From Paraspadella gotoi (lineage: Eukaryota > Animalia > Chaetognatha): 64,000 bases of DNA. The notes under the pieces were generated by a model that saw nothing but the letters and a program-made list of their open reading frames with translations, ran no database searches and was not told where the DNA came from. Below, piece after piece: positions 25,501-39,315 of the stretch. The DNA lies in the NCBI GenBank assembly GCA_051294375.1, contig CM119264.1, positions 3,408,917 through 3,472,916 on the forward strand. The letters are read 5' to 3'. Position 1 is the first letter of the stretch. Each line of letters opens with the position of its first letter. A program made the translations under genes and the position numbers.

Positions 25501-28500
25501 ATTATTTAATTCCTACCACGACGGGAAGCTTTGTTCCGCCCCCGTCTCACCTCTTTTTTTATTTCCCCCCCGCTTTTTATTCCCGTATTTTTCTTCTTTG
25601 TCCTTCTTGGTTTCACTCTCCTCTAATCTATTTCTCCGCCCTCCACTCCCTTGTCGCTATCCTTCCCCCTACCTTCCCCCTCCTTTCCCCCGCCCCCTAC
25701 TTTGAGCGCAACATTTTGGCGACGCAAAAATGTTTTTGTGTGGTCACGCACCTCTGCTCTTGGACGCCCTCATTAGGGAGCGCCGCTCGCCATTGGGGCT
25801 TCTTAGACTTTGCGCCCGTCTAGACGCTGTTTGTCGGTCCTGTCGGTTTGGCTTTCCCCGCTGCTTACTGCTCCAGCTGTTACTCCTCCCCGTTGCGCCT
25901 CTTCCCTCCTCTTCCTCTTTCCCCGTTGTGAGCCTTCCTCTCTTCTTTTCCTCTTTCGTCCTTTCTATCTTCCTCCTTCTCCCCGTCAGAAGGTCCCTGT
26001 ATGATTTTTTCCCCCACCTCCTTTTTTTTTTTCTTTGCGCAAATTTATCGCGAGCGGATCACCCGCACTGAAATTTAAGTGCCCGCTCCCCGCTTTTTTG
26101 TTTTTAGAAAGGGAAATATGTGTTATTTCCTATGTTATGGCTTTGACATTCCATCTGGTTCTTATTCAAAAACTTTGTTTAAAAGAATCAAATTTTTTCC
26201 GCCCCGTTTCTGCCTTTTTCCCGCCAAGTTAAAATTGTTGGCAAACCTCTTGTAAAGGGGTTTTTTTTTTTTTTTTTTTAGCTCCTCATGCCATTTATTT
26301 GAAACCCAAAAAGAGTGTTTCTTCGCGCAGAACTTGGCACGCCAATCTGGTTGAAAAAAAACCCCTTTGATAGCAGAGAAGAATTAATTTCTGTTAGCTT
26401 TTTTTTTTATCCCCCGCCCAAGCAACACATTTTCCCCCGCCCCCCCCCCCCGCCCGCTACCCCGCCGCCCCTTTGTCGCCCCCCCACCAAATTGCTCCAC
26501 ATCCCCCTCTCCAATCTCCCTTTATTTTTTAATGGGGTTACACATAAGTTTATAAAAGATTTCAAAATAAAAAAATGCGTCTTATGGACGCCGTTTTCGC
26601 CCGCCCCAAAATAAATTTCAGGTTTTAATGGGATGCATTTTTCATTTCAGTGTTTTTCCCAAAATTTTTTTTTTAAAAAAAGCTCCAAATTTTTGATCCC
26701 CACTTTCCGGTAGCGTTTTTTTTTTGCCAACCCGCCGCGCGATAAACTTTTTTGTTAAGAAAGAGATTATGGCCGGCAGACGAAATCCCGAGAGTATGCC
26801 AGGCATATTTTGTAAATCTGTTATTACTGGTGTGTATCTTTCCCCCCGCCCCTTACACCCACGAGAAAACAAAATTTTTTGAAACACTCGCGCCAATTCT
26901 CTAAAAAACGCCATTCCGCCCAATTTTTAAATGGGATTAAAATTGTAAAGAAAAAGTAAAACTTTTTTATGTTTTGGGTTTTTAAAATAAGTTTAAAAGA
27001 ATTTTTTTTTTTTAAAGTTATGCCCGACACCGCCCCTTAAATGGAGTTTTTTTTTTGTTTTTTTCCCGCACTTAAAAACTCAATTTGCCACTTTCGCACA
27101 CGGATTTTGTTTTCGCCCGGTTTCCCCGGAAAAAAAACCTTATTATTCGCAAAAGCCCCCTTTTAATCACAACAGCTTTTTTTCACGCTAGCCCGCCGCA
27201 CACACAAAAAGATTCCAATTATTTTTTTTCCAAATCCAAACCCAGCCCCAATTCACGAAGTTTAATTCGGAGCTTTTTTTTTTTTGCACTTTTACAAAGG
27301 GTTTTTGGGGGACGCGCGAATCGGCAAATGGAGGACGGGATTTTTTGGAATGTGATTGGGACTGGGGATTAAAATTAAGTAAATGAAGTAAAGTTTTTTT
27401 GAAATTAAATTTTTAATTGAAAAAAATACAACTAAATTTTGAAATTTTTTTTAGTATAAATTTTTTAACCTTTTTGATATATGTTGATGCGTATGGACCT
27501 TATGTTGCTGTCTAAAGAGTTGAGATCTCTGCCCGCCGCCGCAGTATTAAGAACGCCATTTAATAATTAAAAAGGAAAAAGAAAAGCATAAGATGCCAAA
27601 AATTGTTTTAAGTTGGAAAACCAGTTTGTTTTTTTTTTTTTGTTTGTTTGGCTGTTGAAATGCTCTGTTATTTTATCTCCAAGTTTGGGTCCGAGGATAG
27701 GTGTAAAAACTCGGAATCGTTATGTTTCCGCCAACTCAATAATGTAGACTTCGCCCGCAGCCCCCCCGCATCCCACCCCGAAACCCCTTGGGTGTTTTTG
27801 CCCCCCGCCACTGGGTTTTCCTTCTCTATTTTTTTTTTAAAATCAGCACCAACTTTTTCTCAGCTCAACATAAGCAAAAATTTCCCTCCAAAAAAGGGTC
27901 CCAATCGATTTTTTATTTTAAACAGGTTAAGATGGGGTTTTAAAATTAAAGCCCGCGCGCCTTGTATCCCTTTGGGTCCCCCACCATGAGCACAGATAAT
28001 TTTTAACTTTTAATTCAACTCTGGCGGCGCCGGGCATTAATTTCTTCTTTTTTGGTCCCCCCAGACTTGTTTTGAATATATTTAATTTTTTGGGCTTAAA
28101 TACTTTTGGAGCTTATTTTGGTTCCTCCACCCTTACCTTGAAACCCCCCCAAAAGCCAAAATTAATTGGGGTCCCCCCCCCCCCCGCGCAGCCCTTTTGG
28201 GTGACACCCGCAAGTTAATAAAAAATTTTTTGGGTCTACCCCCCACCTGGAACCAATTAACACCCATTTTGGAAAGAGAGAGAGTAAATGTCGCCAATTT
28301 TTATAGATAATTTGGATCGACGCCACCCGGCCAAAAAAAATAGAAGAGGTCCTCTTGGGTTTTTTGGATTTTTTAACCTGCACAAATTGGTTTTTCTCAT
28401 ATACAAATCAAAACTTTAAAGCCTTAAAAAATTTTTGGTTTTTAAACGGACCCAGGAGGAGGAGTGTTTTTGTGGGGGGGTCCCCCCCCAACCTTTGGCG

Positions 28501-29600
28501 CGGCAAATAGCTTGGAAGATTTTTCAACTTGGGCCATAAGAATTTTGTTGGGGTTTCAAATCTGCGAATAATTGATTGATTTGGGTTTTTCATTCCCAAT
28601 TCAATACAAAATCCAAAATCAAATATTTTCTCAAGTCTTCATCAGATTAGAGGGAGGAGAATATCACGCACCGCCAGAAAACCTTTTTTTAAAAATATAT
28701 TTCCAAATATTGTTGTTTCCGCTCCCTTTTTTTTTGGGATTTTTTTCTAAAAAATTTGGAAAACTCGCCTTTTTTTTTTTCTGTCCCACCAAACCCCTGC
28801 CGCGCCGCTTAACCGATTTTGATTTCCCCCCGCGCCCCCACCCGACATTCAAAAATTTTTTTATTTTCCCGCCACCCCTTTATCAACATTTTTACTTTTT
28901 AAACCCCCCCCAACCAACCCAAAAAAAAATTTTTTTTTTCCCAATTTTCGAAATTTTTCTCATCTTAGTTCCAAAAATTTTTTAAATTAAAAAACAAAAA
29001 AATAATTTATGAAGTAAAAAAAATTTACAAGTAATACCACGAACCATAAGACGAAAAATTTTACTTTTTCATCAAGGTACTAATGGGAACTTGTTCATGT
29101 TGTTCCATTTAAACTCAAAATTATTTTTCCCCCACTTCCCGCGCCACTGGCGAATATTTGTTCCCCCATAGCGGAAAACAAAAAAACCTATCTTTTTTTC
29201 CGGAAAGCGCGCGAGCGGGGCGGGGGCTGTTTCTCATACTCGTCCATAAAAATCCAAGAACCAACCCATCAACTTTTTTTCTCCTCTGCCTCTTACCACC
29301 ATAAAAAACAATAAAATTCTTTTTTCTTTTCCCCAAAGAGAGTGATTTTCAAAATTGGGGGCGCCAAAACTTTTGTATTTTTTCCAACCCCTTCATGGGG
29401 GGAGGCGGCGGCCAAATGCGCTCTTCCCAAAAAATTTTGTTGGGGGGGCGGAAAAAAGAAAAAATTTTAATTAATTTTTTTTTTTTGCACTTCGTCCTTT
29501 CTGGTTCCCAATTTACACAACCCCCTTTAAAAAAATGGCCGGGCTTCGTTCATCAGTCAAAAAAGTGATGTTTATCTCTCTTCTTCTTCTTCCGCCCGCG
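22600..29600. other. Very low-quality read-derived sequence (homopolymer-inflated, recurrent ccgc); not interpretable
   Basis: Runs of single bases dominate, no coherent ORF or repeat, and it continues directly from a degrading noisy duplicate. Confidence 0.75.
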
Positions 29601-31800
29601 AAAATTTGAAAAAAAAAATCAACGTCGGTCCATCGAATCGGAAAAGGGGTAAAGGATAGGGGAGGGTAAGGTATATCTCGGTCAACGGGATCTCGCCCTT
29701 ACCTTTCTAGACTGACCTACCCAGTCATCGCGTCTCACCCGTTTTAGATTGGCGTTATTTTGGACCAATCCGAATTATTTAAGTGAGGTCACTTTTAGCT
29801 CGTTGGGTTAGTGCAAAACTAATGGATGATTAGTTTTCGTCGTTAAAAAAACTATTTTGAAATTCTCTAATCTTTGCCTTACCCAATTTCAAATTCAAAT
29901 TGCGAGTTTTTTATTCTTTTTTTTTTTCAAGTTGATTTATGAATGACGAATTATTGCATAACTCGTATGTAGACTTTTCGCAATTATGGCTGACGCAATC
30001 TCACCTTAGGAAATATCGCGTTTCTCAAGACTTCATTAGGTCCGTTAAGGCCCGTTTAAGATACTTGTAACAATATTACTAATTTACTACATCCTATGAC
30101 CAGGTCTCTCCGGGATATTCAAGTTTACTATTAAAATATTAGCCAAGGGTGATACGTTAAGGTCGATTGGCCAATTGAGATCCACCGATTTAGATTTAGA
30201 ATAAAACTTTAAAAAATTAACATCGGAAACAAAAATAAAGGAACCCCGGGAATGTGAGTTTTGTCGTGAAAGTCCTTCGAAGTGAAATGCTCAATCGGTG
30301 ATGTTAACTAGACAGAGATTCAAGTGATTAAAACATAAGTACTTATTTTTTTCCTTTCAATTTTTATTNNNNNNNNNNNNNNNNNNNNNNNNNNNNNNNN
30401 NNNNNNNNNNNNNNNNNNNNNNNNNNNNNNNNNNNNNNNNNNNNNNNNNNNNNNNNNNNNNNNNNNNNNNNNNNNNNNNNNNNNNNNNNNNNNNNNNNNN
30501 NNNNNNNNNNNNNNNNNNNNNNNNNNNNNNNNNNNNNNNNNNNNNNNNNNNNNNNNNNNNNNNNNNNNNNNNNNNNNNNNNNNNNNNNNNNNNNAAAAAA
30601 AAACATAAGTGGACGGATTTAAAAATCTCTTTTTTATTGTCGTCGATATTTTCCCCTCATCGTTCAGCCCAGAGCGAAAAAAAATTATAAAAATTGGACT
30701 GACTTTTTTTTTGTTGTCTTTTTCTGCTTCGACTCTTGTTTACTTTTTTAAACTTTTTTTTAAAAATTGAATAATGATTTGTTAAAAAAAATTCAGTGTT
30801 AATTTCGACGGAAGCATGAAGCAATCGCAAAATTTACCACATTTTAAAAATAAATGAAAAAATAAAAAAGGTTCAACGATCTTCGCCAAAATAAACATTT
30901 CTTAATGATTAATTTTTCGTAATTTCATTATTCATTGTCTTAATACGCATTTCGGTTTTACCGTACAGNNNNNNNNNNNNNNNNNNNNNNNNNAAAGAGG
31001 TGAAAGGCCTTTTAGCATTTGCCCAAATTAAAAAAATAACTAATCTATTTAAAATAAAAATAAATAACCTACAATACCAAATATGGTGGGAAAATTATAA
31101 AATTGCTGTTTTTTTTGCCATTTTTTTATTTGACAGTTAACAATATTTTTTGCCTGTAACTTCTAAATAATTGCACCTACAAAAAAAATAGAAGGAAGCT
31201 TACTGACAGGATTTTATCTTATATGATTCGAAACGTTCTTGATTTTTTAAATTTAAACTAACGTTCACAGAGTAGATATCTTTTATTTAAAAATGTATAT
31301 ATACTTTTTTCGCTAGATAGTATATGACACTTTAGTTTAAGATCGCCTCCGATACTTGACATGTTTATTGACATTTCGTCTAGACGCTACGATATTGATC
31401 CTTCCGCACTCGCCTTTACTTTACATGCATCTGCCGGCTCACTCGGGTATACCCACATCTCTCCTTTTCATTTTTATGCTCGATTATTGTGATAATCAGT
31501 CACGTTGCTGGGGCCTTTTCGGAAAAGAACCATCGCGCACGAAGGCGCGCTCACCATTATAAGTTTTTAATTAGTATGCTGTAGTTAAGAATTCTTCCGG
31601 AGTGGCGCGCGGCGCTAGAGGGAGAGAGAGTGCATTGGCGGGGCGCTCGGATGTGATATGGTGAGTGTGCGAGCTCTCGTGTCCAATACATCGAGTGGAC
31701 TTGTTATTTTTGTGATCGCCTCATTTGTGAAGTTTGGTATCTCGATCCTTGGCGTTTATGACTCTCTTCTCACCGCGTTCTCTCTCTCTCTTCCCTCTCT

Positions 31801-31839
<39 letters not shown>

Positions 31840-32434
31840 CTCTCTCTCCTCGTATCTCGCTTCCTTCTGGTTCAAAAAAGTATTATTATAGCTCTCAGAA
31901 AAAAGCAAAAAATGCGCAACATTAATATTGGGGCTTCGCAGAATTGCGTTAAAGATGTCAAAAAATATTTTACTGTCATACCTCAAAGGCAGGCAGTAGT
32001 TGATGCCGAGGAAGGGTATACCAAATATTGAGAATGTTATCATGATGTTTTACCCATGTTTTATATACTTTTTATTGAATAAATTAATTATGTCATATAC
32101 TTTTTTCCTAGATAGTATTTAGCGAAGATGCGACTTCGTTTCTTAAATTTATTTCTCTCACTCAAAAAAAAAAGACTTGATAATTTCAAAAAAACAACTC
32201 TTGTAGTTGATTTACGATTGAAGATCAGAAAAAAAAAAGGCTGAAGATTAAGAAGCGTTGTGGCAGCAGAAGCGACAGCAGAAGCGGCACCGGCAGCAGC
32301 CTCCACCGCCACCGGAAATAATAAAAAAACATTTGATTAAATATGCTTTAAAAGAATAAAAATTTTCTTAACGAATGAATAAATAATTATAATAATAATA
32401 ATTATAATTAATACATAATACATAATAATAAATA

Positions 32435-32967
32435 CAGTCCTGTGCAAAAAAAAAAAGAGGACACACTTTAAACTTTAATTACGCATGTTTTACCCACATA
32501 TCATATATATTTATAACTGATAAATGTTAAAATGTTAAATAAAATCGGTCCAAACTTCCAAGAAAGACAAGTGATAAAAAAAATTTGGGGAAAAAACTAT
32601 TTTTAAAGATCTACCAAAAACCTGGAATAGTTTTTAGCCTTAATGTATTATATTTATGTTTTCTAAAAAAAATTTAAATGGGAAATAAGGACTTTAGAAA
32701 GAGGAATCCATATGTGTAACTTAGCGACAGCATCTTAAACACAAGAGGTTAACAATTTTCTTCTGCTCTGACATTTTGTTTCAGTATATTTTAAAAATTA
32801 CTGCTCAGAAACGGATAGCTACATATTAACCCAATTTTCACCAATACTGTTGGCATTAGTTCCTTTTTTCATGATTATTATTCATTCATATTATCTTGCA
32901 TTTTAAACAAATCTAACTTGATTTATTTTCATAATTTTTTTTGAGTGTCCTCTCTTTTTTGCAGATG
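32435..32967. mobile_element. Tc1/mariner-type non-autonomous element (MITE), ~530 bp
   Basis: TA|CAGTCCTGTGCAAAAAAAAAAAGAGGACAC ... GTGTCCTCTCTTTTTTGCAGATG|TA: imperfect TIRs starting CA(GT) with TA flanks. Both ends are also visible in the noisy copy at about 21186-21800. Confidence 0.6.
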
Positions 32968-33079
32968 TACATAAAAAATTTTAAAGTATGCGGAGAGATA
33001 TAATTATACCATTTATATAACATTCAGTTTTTAGCCAATTTGAGTTTTTTCATTGACGTCAAATATCAGAGGTAAAAAT

Positions 33080-34108
33080 TTTTAAAGTCTTCGGTCTAGA
33101 TTCTTATCTTCGCAGCGGCGATCAGGGTACTGCGCGGCAGCTAGCGACGTTCGTACTGTCGCAGCGGGCGACGCGTACTGCGCAGGCAATGGGTGGAGGT
33201 AAGTTCACAGCAGTTTGCCTGACGTCCGATGTCGGGAAAGAAATGTATAGGCAGAGGAGGTGAGACACGACAAAGTGGAAACCGGAGGTTTCAACAACTC
33301 GTCACTTTGACCCCAAAAATATCCTTTTTTTAATGACTCCTGATTATCGAATTATATATCGAAAAAACCGGTTAATTAATTCATCCTCCAGACAACGTTA
33401 ACTTTTCCTTACCATGCCATGATCCCTTTCGGTTGAAAATAAAAATGAATCAACTATCGACAAAACGCAACAAGTTGAGCTTTAAATTGTGAAGTTCTCG
33501 GTTACGATACTGTTCAGTTGAATGCAAGAAGAGTCAAAAGGAGACAGCTTACTTTTTAAAGCAAGTCGCGTCTCATGCCAACGACGAAAGCATTAGCGAA
33601 CAATCGCTATCCATAATATTATGAAAATTGGTAGCAAGCCCAATATATATATTCACTGTTATAGTGAAAATAGCGCCGGTCAATTGTGACCAATTTGTTT
33701 GATCCTTTTTTGATCTATTTTTTTTTATTTCTTGACATTAAAGAGATCTCGCGTGGGTTGAGAAGGAGAGAAGAATTTTGGTTGGGCGAGAAAATAGCCT
33801 GAAGAAAGAGAGAAAAGTTAAGGAAAAAGCGGTTTTTACTTTTTTCAAAGCCGATTTCTGCTGTGGTTTTTTCATGACATTTTTCAAGTCGTTTTTCGTC
33901 GTCAAGTTTTCGTTCGTGATTCCAGTCATTTGACGCCTCTTCCGATGTTCTTTTCTACATAATCAACTTTCTTTGTATATCAATATTTTTTTTATTTTTC
34001 TTTTCTTTTTCTTTTTTTTTATGTTTTTTAGATGACACCATTATATTACATGTCTTTGTTAAGTTCTACGTAATCGTCTTTTTAAATACTTTCTCATCAC
34101 TTTCATTA

Positions 34109-34161
<53 letters not shown>

Positions 34162-35624
34162 TTCTTATTCTCCGCCGTGGTTTTTCTCGTTAATTTTTTC
34201 TCAAACTTTATTTGTCGCGTGACCAAAAGAAAGAAAAAGAAGAAGCGATCATCTTTTCTCGAACCAATTATCCCTCGTGTCATTTAGTAGTAGTAGTAAA
34301 TCCAACACCATGACACAAGTCCGAACTTTGGCCCATATTTTTGGCGGGAAATAAATCAACGCCAAATCTAAATCTTTCTATTTTTAAAAATTCGTGACCC
34401 CATTTTTTTTTCTTTTCCTTTTTTTTTTCTTCTCTTTAATTAATTCGTTCTTTTGTTCTTTTTTTTTTTACGTTTGATTTTTCTGATCGTCGCGTGGTTC
34501 GTTCCATCATTCGTTCCATCGTCCGTCCGTCCGTCCGTCCATCCGTCCATCCGTGCGTCCGTCCCCCGTTAGCTTTGAACGCCAATTACTCATGATAGTA
34601 TGGGGCGATTGACTTGCAATGTTGTATGTGGGTAGAAAAGTGTGTGATTAAGCTGGAAATCAAGTTTCGATGTAATCGTCTGAGTGGAAATGAATTTAAA
34701 TGGAAAAAAACAAAAACTTTTTGACGCGAATAAAAAAAATAAATATTATTAATTAATTAATCATTTGATTTATTAATTAATTAATTAATTGATTAATTAA
34801 TTATCTGATCAGTTGCTTACCGCTAATGATCATGAGCAGNNNNNNNNNNATTTTAAATCTTCGTCTAGATTCTTATCTTCGCAGCGGCGACGGCGTACTG
34901 CGCAGCAGCGACGTCGTACTGCGCAGCGGCGACGGCGTACTGCGCAGTGGGGGAGGTAAGTTTCAAGCAGTTGCCTGACGTCCGATGTCGGGAAAGAAAT
35001 GGTAAGGCAGAGGAGGTGAGACGACAAAGTGGAAACCGAGGTTCAACAACCTCAACTTTGACCCAAAAATATCCTTTTTTTAATGACTCCTGATTATCGA
35101 ATTATATATCGAAAAACCGGTTAATTAATTTCATCCTCCAGACAACGTTAACTTTTCCTTACCAGCCATGATCCTTTTCGCTTATAAAGGTTGAAAAATG
35201 AATCAACTATCACAAAACGCAACAAGTGAAGCTTTAAATTGTGAATTCTCGTTACAACTTTCAGTTGAATCAAGAGGTCAAAGGAGACAGCTTTACTTTT
35301 TAAGCAAGTCGGTCTATGCCAACGACGAAGCATAGCGAACAATCGCTATCATATTTATGAAATTGGTACAACCAATATATAATTCTGTTATAGTGAAAAT
35401 AGCGCCGTCATTGACCAATCTGTTGTACCTTTTTTGATCTATTTTTTTTATTTCTTTGACATTAAAAAGATCTCGTGGGTTGAGAAGGAGAGAGAATTTG
35501 GTTGGGCGAGAAAATAGCTGAAGAAAGAGAGAAAAGTTAAGGAAAAAAGCGTTTACTTTTTCAAAGCCGATTTCTGCGTTTTTCATGACATTTTTCAAGT
35601 CGTTTTCGTCGTCGTTTTCGTCGT
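33080..35624. other. Direct duplication 33080-33905 / 34851-35624 (probable overlap artefact)
   Basis: Colinear; the first copy is indel-rich and the second is clean. Confidence 0.8.
34885..34955 (+). other. Candidate 71-nt exon made of 3 x 21-bp repeat (cgcagcggcgacggcgtactg)
   Basis: ttcttatcttcgcag| acceptor and GAG|gtaagt donor; all three frames are open. Confidence 0.35.
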
Positions 35625-36539
35625 NNNNNNNNNNNNNNNNNNNNNNNNNNNNNNNNNNNNNNNNNNNNNNNNNNNNNNNNNNNNNNNNNNNNNNNNNNNN
35701 NNNNNNNNNNNNNNNNNNNNNNNNNNNNNNNNNNNNNNNNNNNNNNNNNNNNNNNNNNNNNNNNNNNNNNNNNNNNNNNNNNNNNNNNNNNNNNNNNNNN
35801 NNNNNNNNNNNNNNNNNNNNNNNNNNNNNNNNNNNNNNNNNNNNNNNNNNNNNNNNNNNNNNNNNNNNNNNNNNNNNNNNNNNNNNNNNNNNNNNNNNNN
35901 NNNNNNNNNNNNNNNNNNNNNNNNNNNNNNNNNNNNNNNNNNNNNNNNNNNNNNNNNNNNNNNNNNNNNNNNNNNNNNNNNNNNNNNNNNNNNNNNNNNN
36001 NNNNNNNNNNNNNNAGACAAGCGAAAGATGCCGAAGGTGCCAACATTGGTGCAGGGTGTTGAGAACAGTGAAAGGAGGATAAACATTTATGTGTCGTGTA
36101 GTCAAAAAAACAATTACTCGGTTATGGGTTTTATGGCAGGGGAACAAAAAAGAAAAACGAAAAGAGAGAGAGACGAGAGAAAGAGAGGGAGACGAAGAAG
36201 AAGAAGAAGAAGAAGATGACGGACGAGGAAAGAACGAGACAAGAAGACGACTAGGGAGAAGAAGGAGAGACGAGAGAGAGGACGAAAGAGGAGGAAGAGA
36301 GAGAGACGAGACGAGCAGAGAGAGCGAGAGACGAGACCGAACAAAGAAGAGAGAAAAGAGAGAGATAGAGAGAGTCAGAGAGAGCAGAGAGAGAGATGAG
36401 AGAGAGAAAGAGAGAGAGGAGAGGACGAGGAGACAGAGAGAGAGAATCGTCGTTCAAGCGGGAAAAAAACCAAAATAAAAGCGAAGAGAACAACCAACCA
36501 ACGACATTGTATTGCAACAAACACCATTGGTCGGGATCC

Positions 36540-37350
36540 TGCTACCATGCATTCATTAGCGGTCAAGCACAGCTGCATCAGATAATACATATAATTCAAT
36601 TAATTAATTAATTAATAACAATCAAGTATGATTAATTAATTAATAATATCTGTATTTTTTTTATTCGCCTGCACACAAAGTTATATACATGTTTTCTCTT
36701 ACCATATTACAATTCATTTCCGACTCAGCAACGATTACATACGCCTTTGATTTCCACACGCCGCTTAATCACACCACTTCTTCTAACCCCACAATACACA
36801 GTTGCAAGTCAACGCCACACATATAACATATCAATGAGTACAATGGCGCTTCAAAGCTAAACGGGGCGACGGCAACGACCACGCGAATAGCGACGGGAAT
36901 TGCGCTAGACCGGACGGCGCACGGACGATGCGGCACGAACTGCCATAGGCAACGAACCACGCGACGATCAGAAAAATCAAATCCGTAAAAAAAAACAAAG
37001 ACAAACGCAATCGAATTAATTAAAGAGAAGAAAAAAAAGGAAAAGCAAAAAAAATGGTACCGAAGTTTTTTAATAAATAGAAAGTTTTAGATTTGGCGTT
37101 GATTTAATTCCCGCCACAAAATCATGCGGCCCAAAGTTCGCGACTTCGTGTCACTGGTGTTGGATTACTACTTACTAACTAAATGACACGAGCGGATAAT
37201 TGGATTTCGACGCGGAAAGATGATCGCCTATCTTCTTTCTTTCTTTTGGATCATCGCGACAAATATACAGTGCGAGAAAAAAACTTAACCGAGAAATACC
37301 ACACTAATGGCCGAGAGAGCGATCAAGAAGACGCAACGACCGACCGACGA
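36540..37350 (-). other. Noisy reverse-complement copy of 34130-34838 (probable chimeric or fold-back read)
   Basis: For example cattagcggtcaagca..gc..atcagataat versus attatctgatcagttgcttaccgctaatg, and aaatgacacgag versus ctcgtgtcattt. Confidence 0.8.
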
Positions 37351-37518
37351 CGACGACGCACCTCCGGACGAGGTCGATGCGCGGCGAGGCCGGCACTCTT
37401 CGGCATCTGTCTGCATCTGTTGGCAGCTCTCGGCACCCGTCGCGAATCCCACAAGAACGAAAACATCCGCACGTCCACTGCGCCAATCCATCAAATTCGA
37501 ATCAAATGATCAACCACA

Positions 37519-37598
37519 TTACATCAATTATTCAACATCACTACATCAATTATTCAACATCACTACATCAATTATTCAACATCACTACATCAATTATT
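37519..37598. repeat. 22-bp minisatellite, ~3.6 copies (tacatcaattattcaacatcac)
   Basis: Direct inspection. Confidence 0.9.
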
Positions 37599-37744
37599 TA
37601 ATCTCTCTACAACCAGCCTCCTCTCCTTCATTCATTCTCTCTCTTTACAGCAGCTCAATGTTTTCAGTCATTTTCTTTTTACGACGTTTCCTCATCGTCG
37701 TCGTCGTCGTCGTCGTCGTCCTCAGCCGTTCATTGTCGACCAAC

Positions 37745-37829
37745 GCCATCAGGACAATGACGATGCCATCAGGACAATGACGATGCCATCAGGACAATGA
37801 CGATGCCATCAGGAAAACGACGATGCCAT
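37745..37829. repeat. 20-bp minisatellite, ~4 copies (gccatcaggacaatgacgat)
   Basis: Direct inspection. Confidence 0.9.
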
Positions 37830-38095
37830 TGCACTGATGACGAGGAAATTGAAGATTAAATGATGTGGGAGACTTGATATGTTTAAAATATGACATCAAT
37901 GAATATTGATTAATATTAAACATTGAATAATGCATATTGAATATTAATTGGAATCTTGCTATATCCTTATCTTGTTAGAGTGATGGAGGCCTTAAGAGAT
38001 AGCTAATTTATTAAATGAATGGATAATTTTTATATTGGTTGTAAGTTTGTAACAATTTCATAAGTATGATGATAAGGATTGAAAAACAGTTACTC

Positions 38096-38156
<61 letters not shown>

Positions 38157-39263
38157 AATATTTTATGGGTTTCGCTATGATGCCTTCTCTTCAAACCGTT
38201 ACCCTGAACGAATCTCGAGCTTGAGTTAACCATTCGAGTTCTATCGTCGTCTTGCTTGTTGTTCGTGGCGGNNNNNNNNNNNNNNNNNNNNNNNNNNNNN
38301 NNNNNNNNNNNNNNNNNNNNNNNNNNNNNNNNNNNNNNNNNNNNNNNNNNNNNNNNNNNNNNNNNNNNNNNNNNNNNNNNNNNNNNNNNNNNNNNNNNNN
38401 NNNNNNNNNNNNNNNNNNNNNNNNNNNNNNNNNNNNNNNNNNNNNNNNNNNNNNNNNNNNNNNNNNNNNNNNNNNNNNNNNNNNNNNNNNNNNNNNNNNN
38501 NNNNNNNNNNNNNNNNNNNNNNNNNNNNGGGGGGTGACGGATAGTCTTTGAAGTCGCCGCCGATTTAATTGTATTTTCGATCCTTATTTCTTTTCATTCC
38601 AACTTCCTTCATCCTCATTTCATCTCCCTCTCCCTTCATCTCTCTCCCCCTCTCTCTCTCTCCTTTTTTCCCTCCCTCTCTCTCTCTCTCTCTCTCTCAC
38701 TTCCAACTATCTTATTTTCTTAAAAATAAACCTTTCTATTTTCGTGATCTGTCTCACGCTTGTCTCTTCTTTCCCCTTACTCCNNNNNNNNNNNNNNNNN
38801 NNNNNNNNNNNNNNNNNNNNNNNNNNNNNNNNNNNNNNNNNNNNNNNNNNNNNNNNNNNNNNNNNNNNNNNNNNNNNNNNNNNNNNNNNNNNNNNNNNNN
38901 NNNNNNNNNNNNNNNNNNNNNNNNNNNNNNNNNNNNNNNNNNNNNNNNNNNNNNNNNNNNNNNNNNNNNNNNNNNNNNNNNNNTTCTCCTTTTCTCTCTT
39001 CCGGCTCAGCGATTTTCTTACACATATGTTTTCGGGCCAAAACCGAATGACCCTCATCTACATGGTACGATCTCTTCCTATTTCTGTCTGTTCGTCTATC
39101 TAGCTCCCGCTCTATCTCTTTTAGGAGATTTTATTCGACTTTCTTTTTCTTTCTATCTTCTTTACTTTTTTTTCTATATTTCTTTCTTTTTTTCTTTCTT
39201 TCTTTCTTCCTTTTTTTCTTTCTTCCTTTCTTTCCTTCTTTCTTTTTTCTTTCCTTCTTTCCT

Positions 39264-39315
<52 letters not shown>

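Noticed and set aside
23600-29400. Many F/K/P/G-rich ORFs
   Set aside because: They come from homopolymer-inflated, low-quality sequence
34830-35027. Protamine-like Arg/Cys ORF (CAVRRRR repeats) on the minus strand
   Set aside because: It starts at a non-ATG codon, arises from a 21-bp repeat, runs into Ns, and the splice signals favour the opposite strand
37834-37870. Hammerhead-like core CTGATGA-cgag-GAAA
   Set aside because: Stems I and III cannot be formed and there is no valid NUH cleavage triplet
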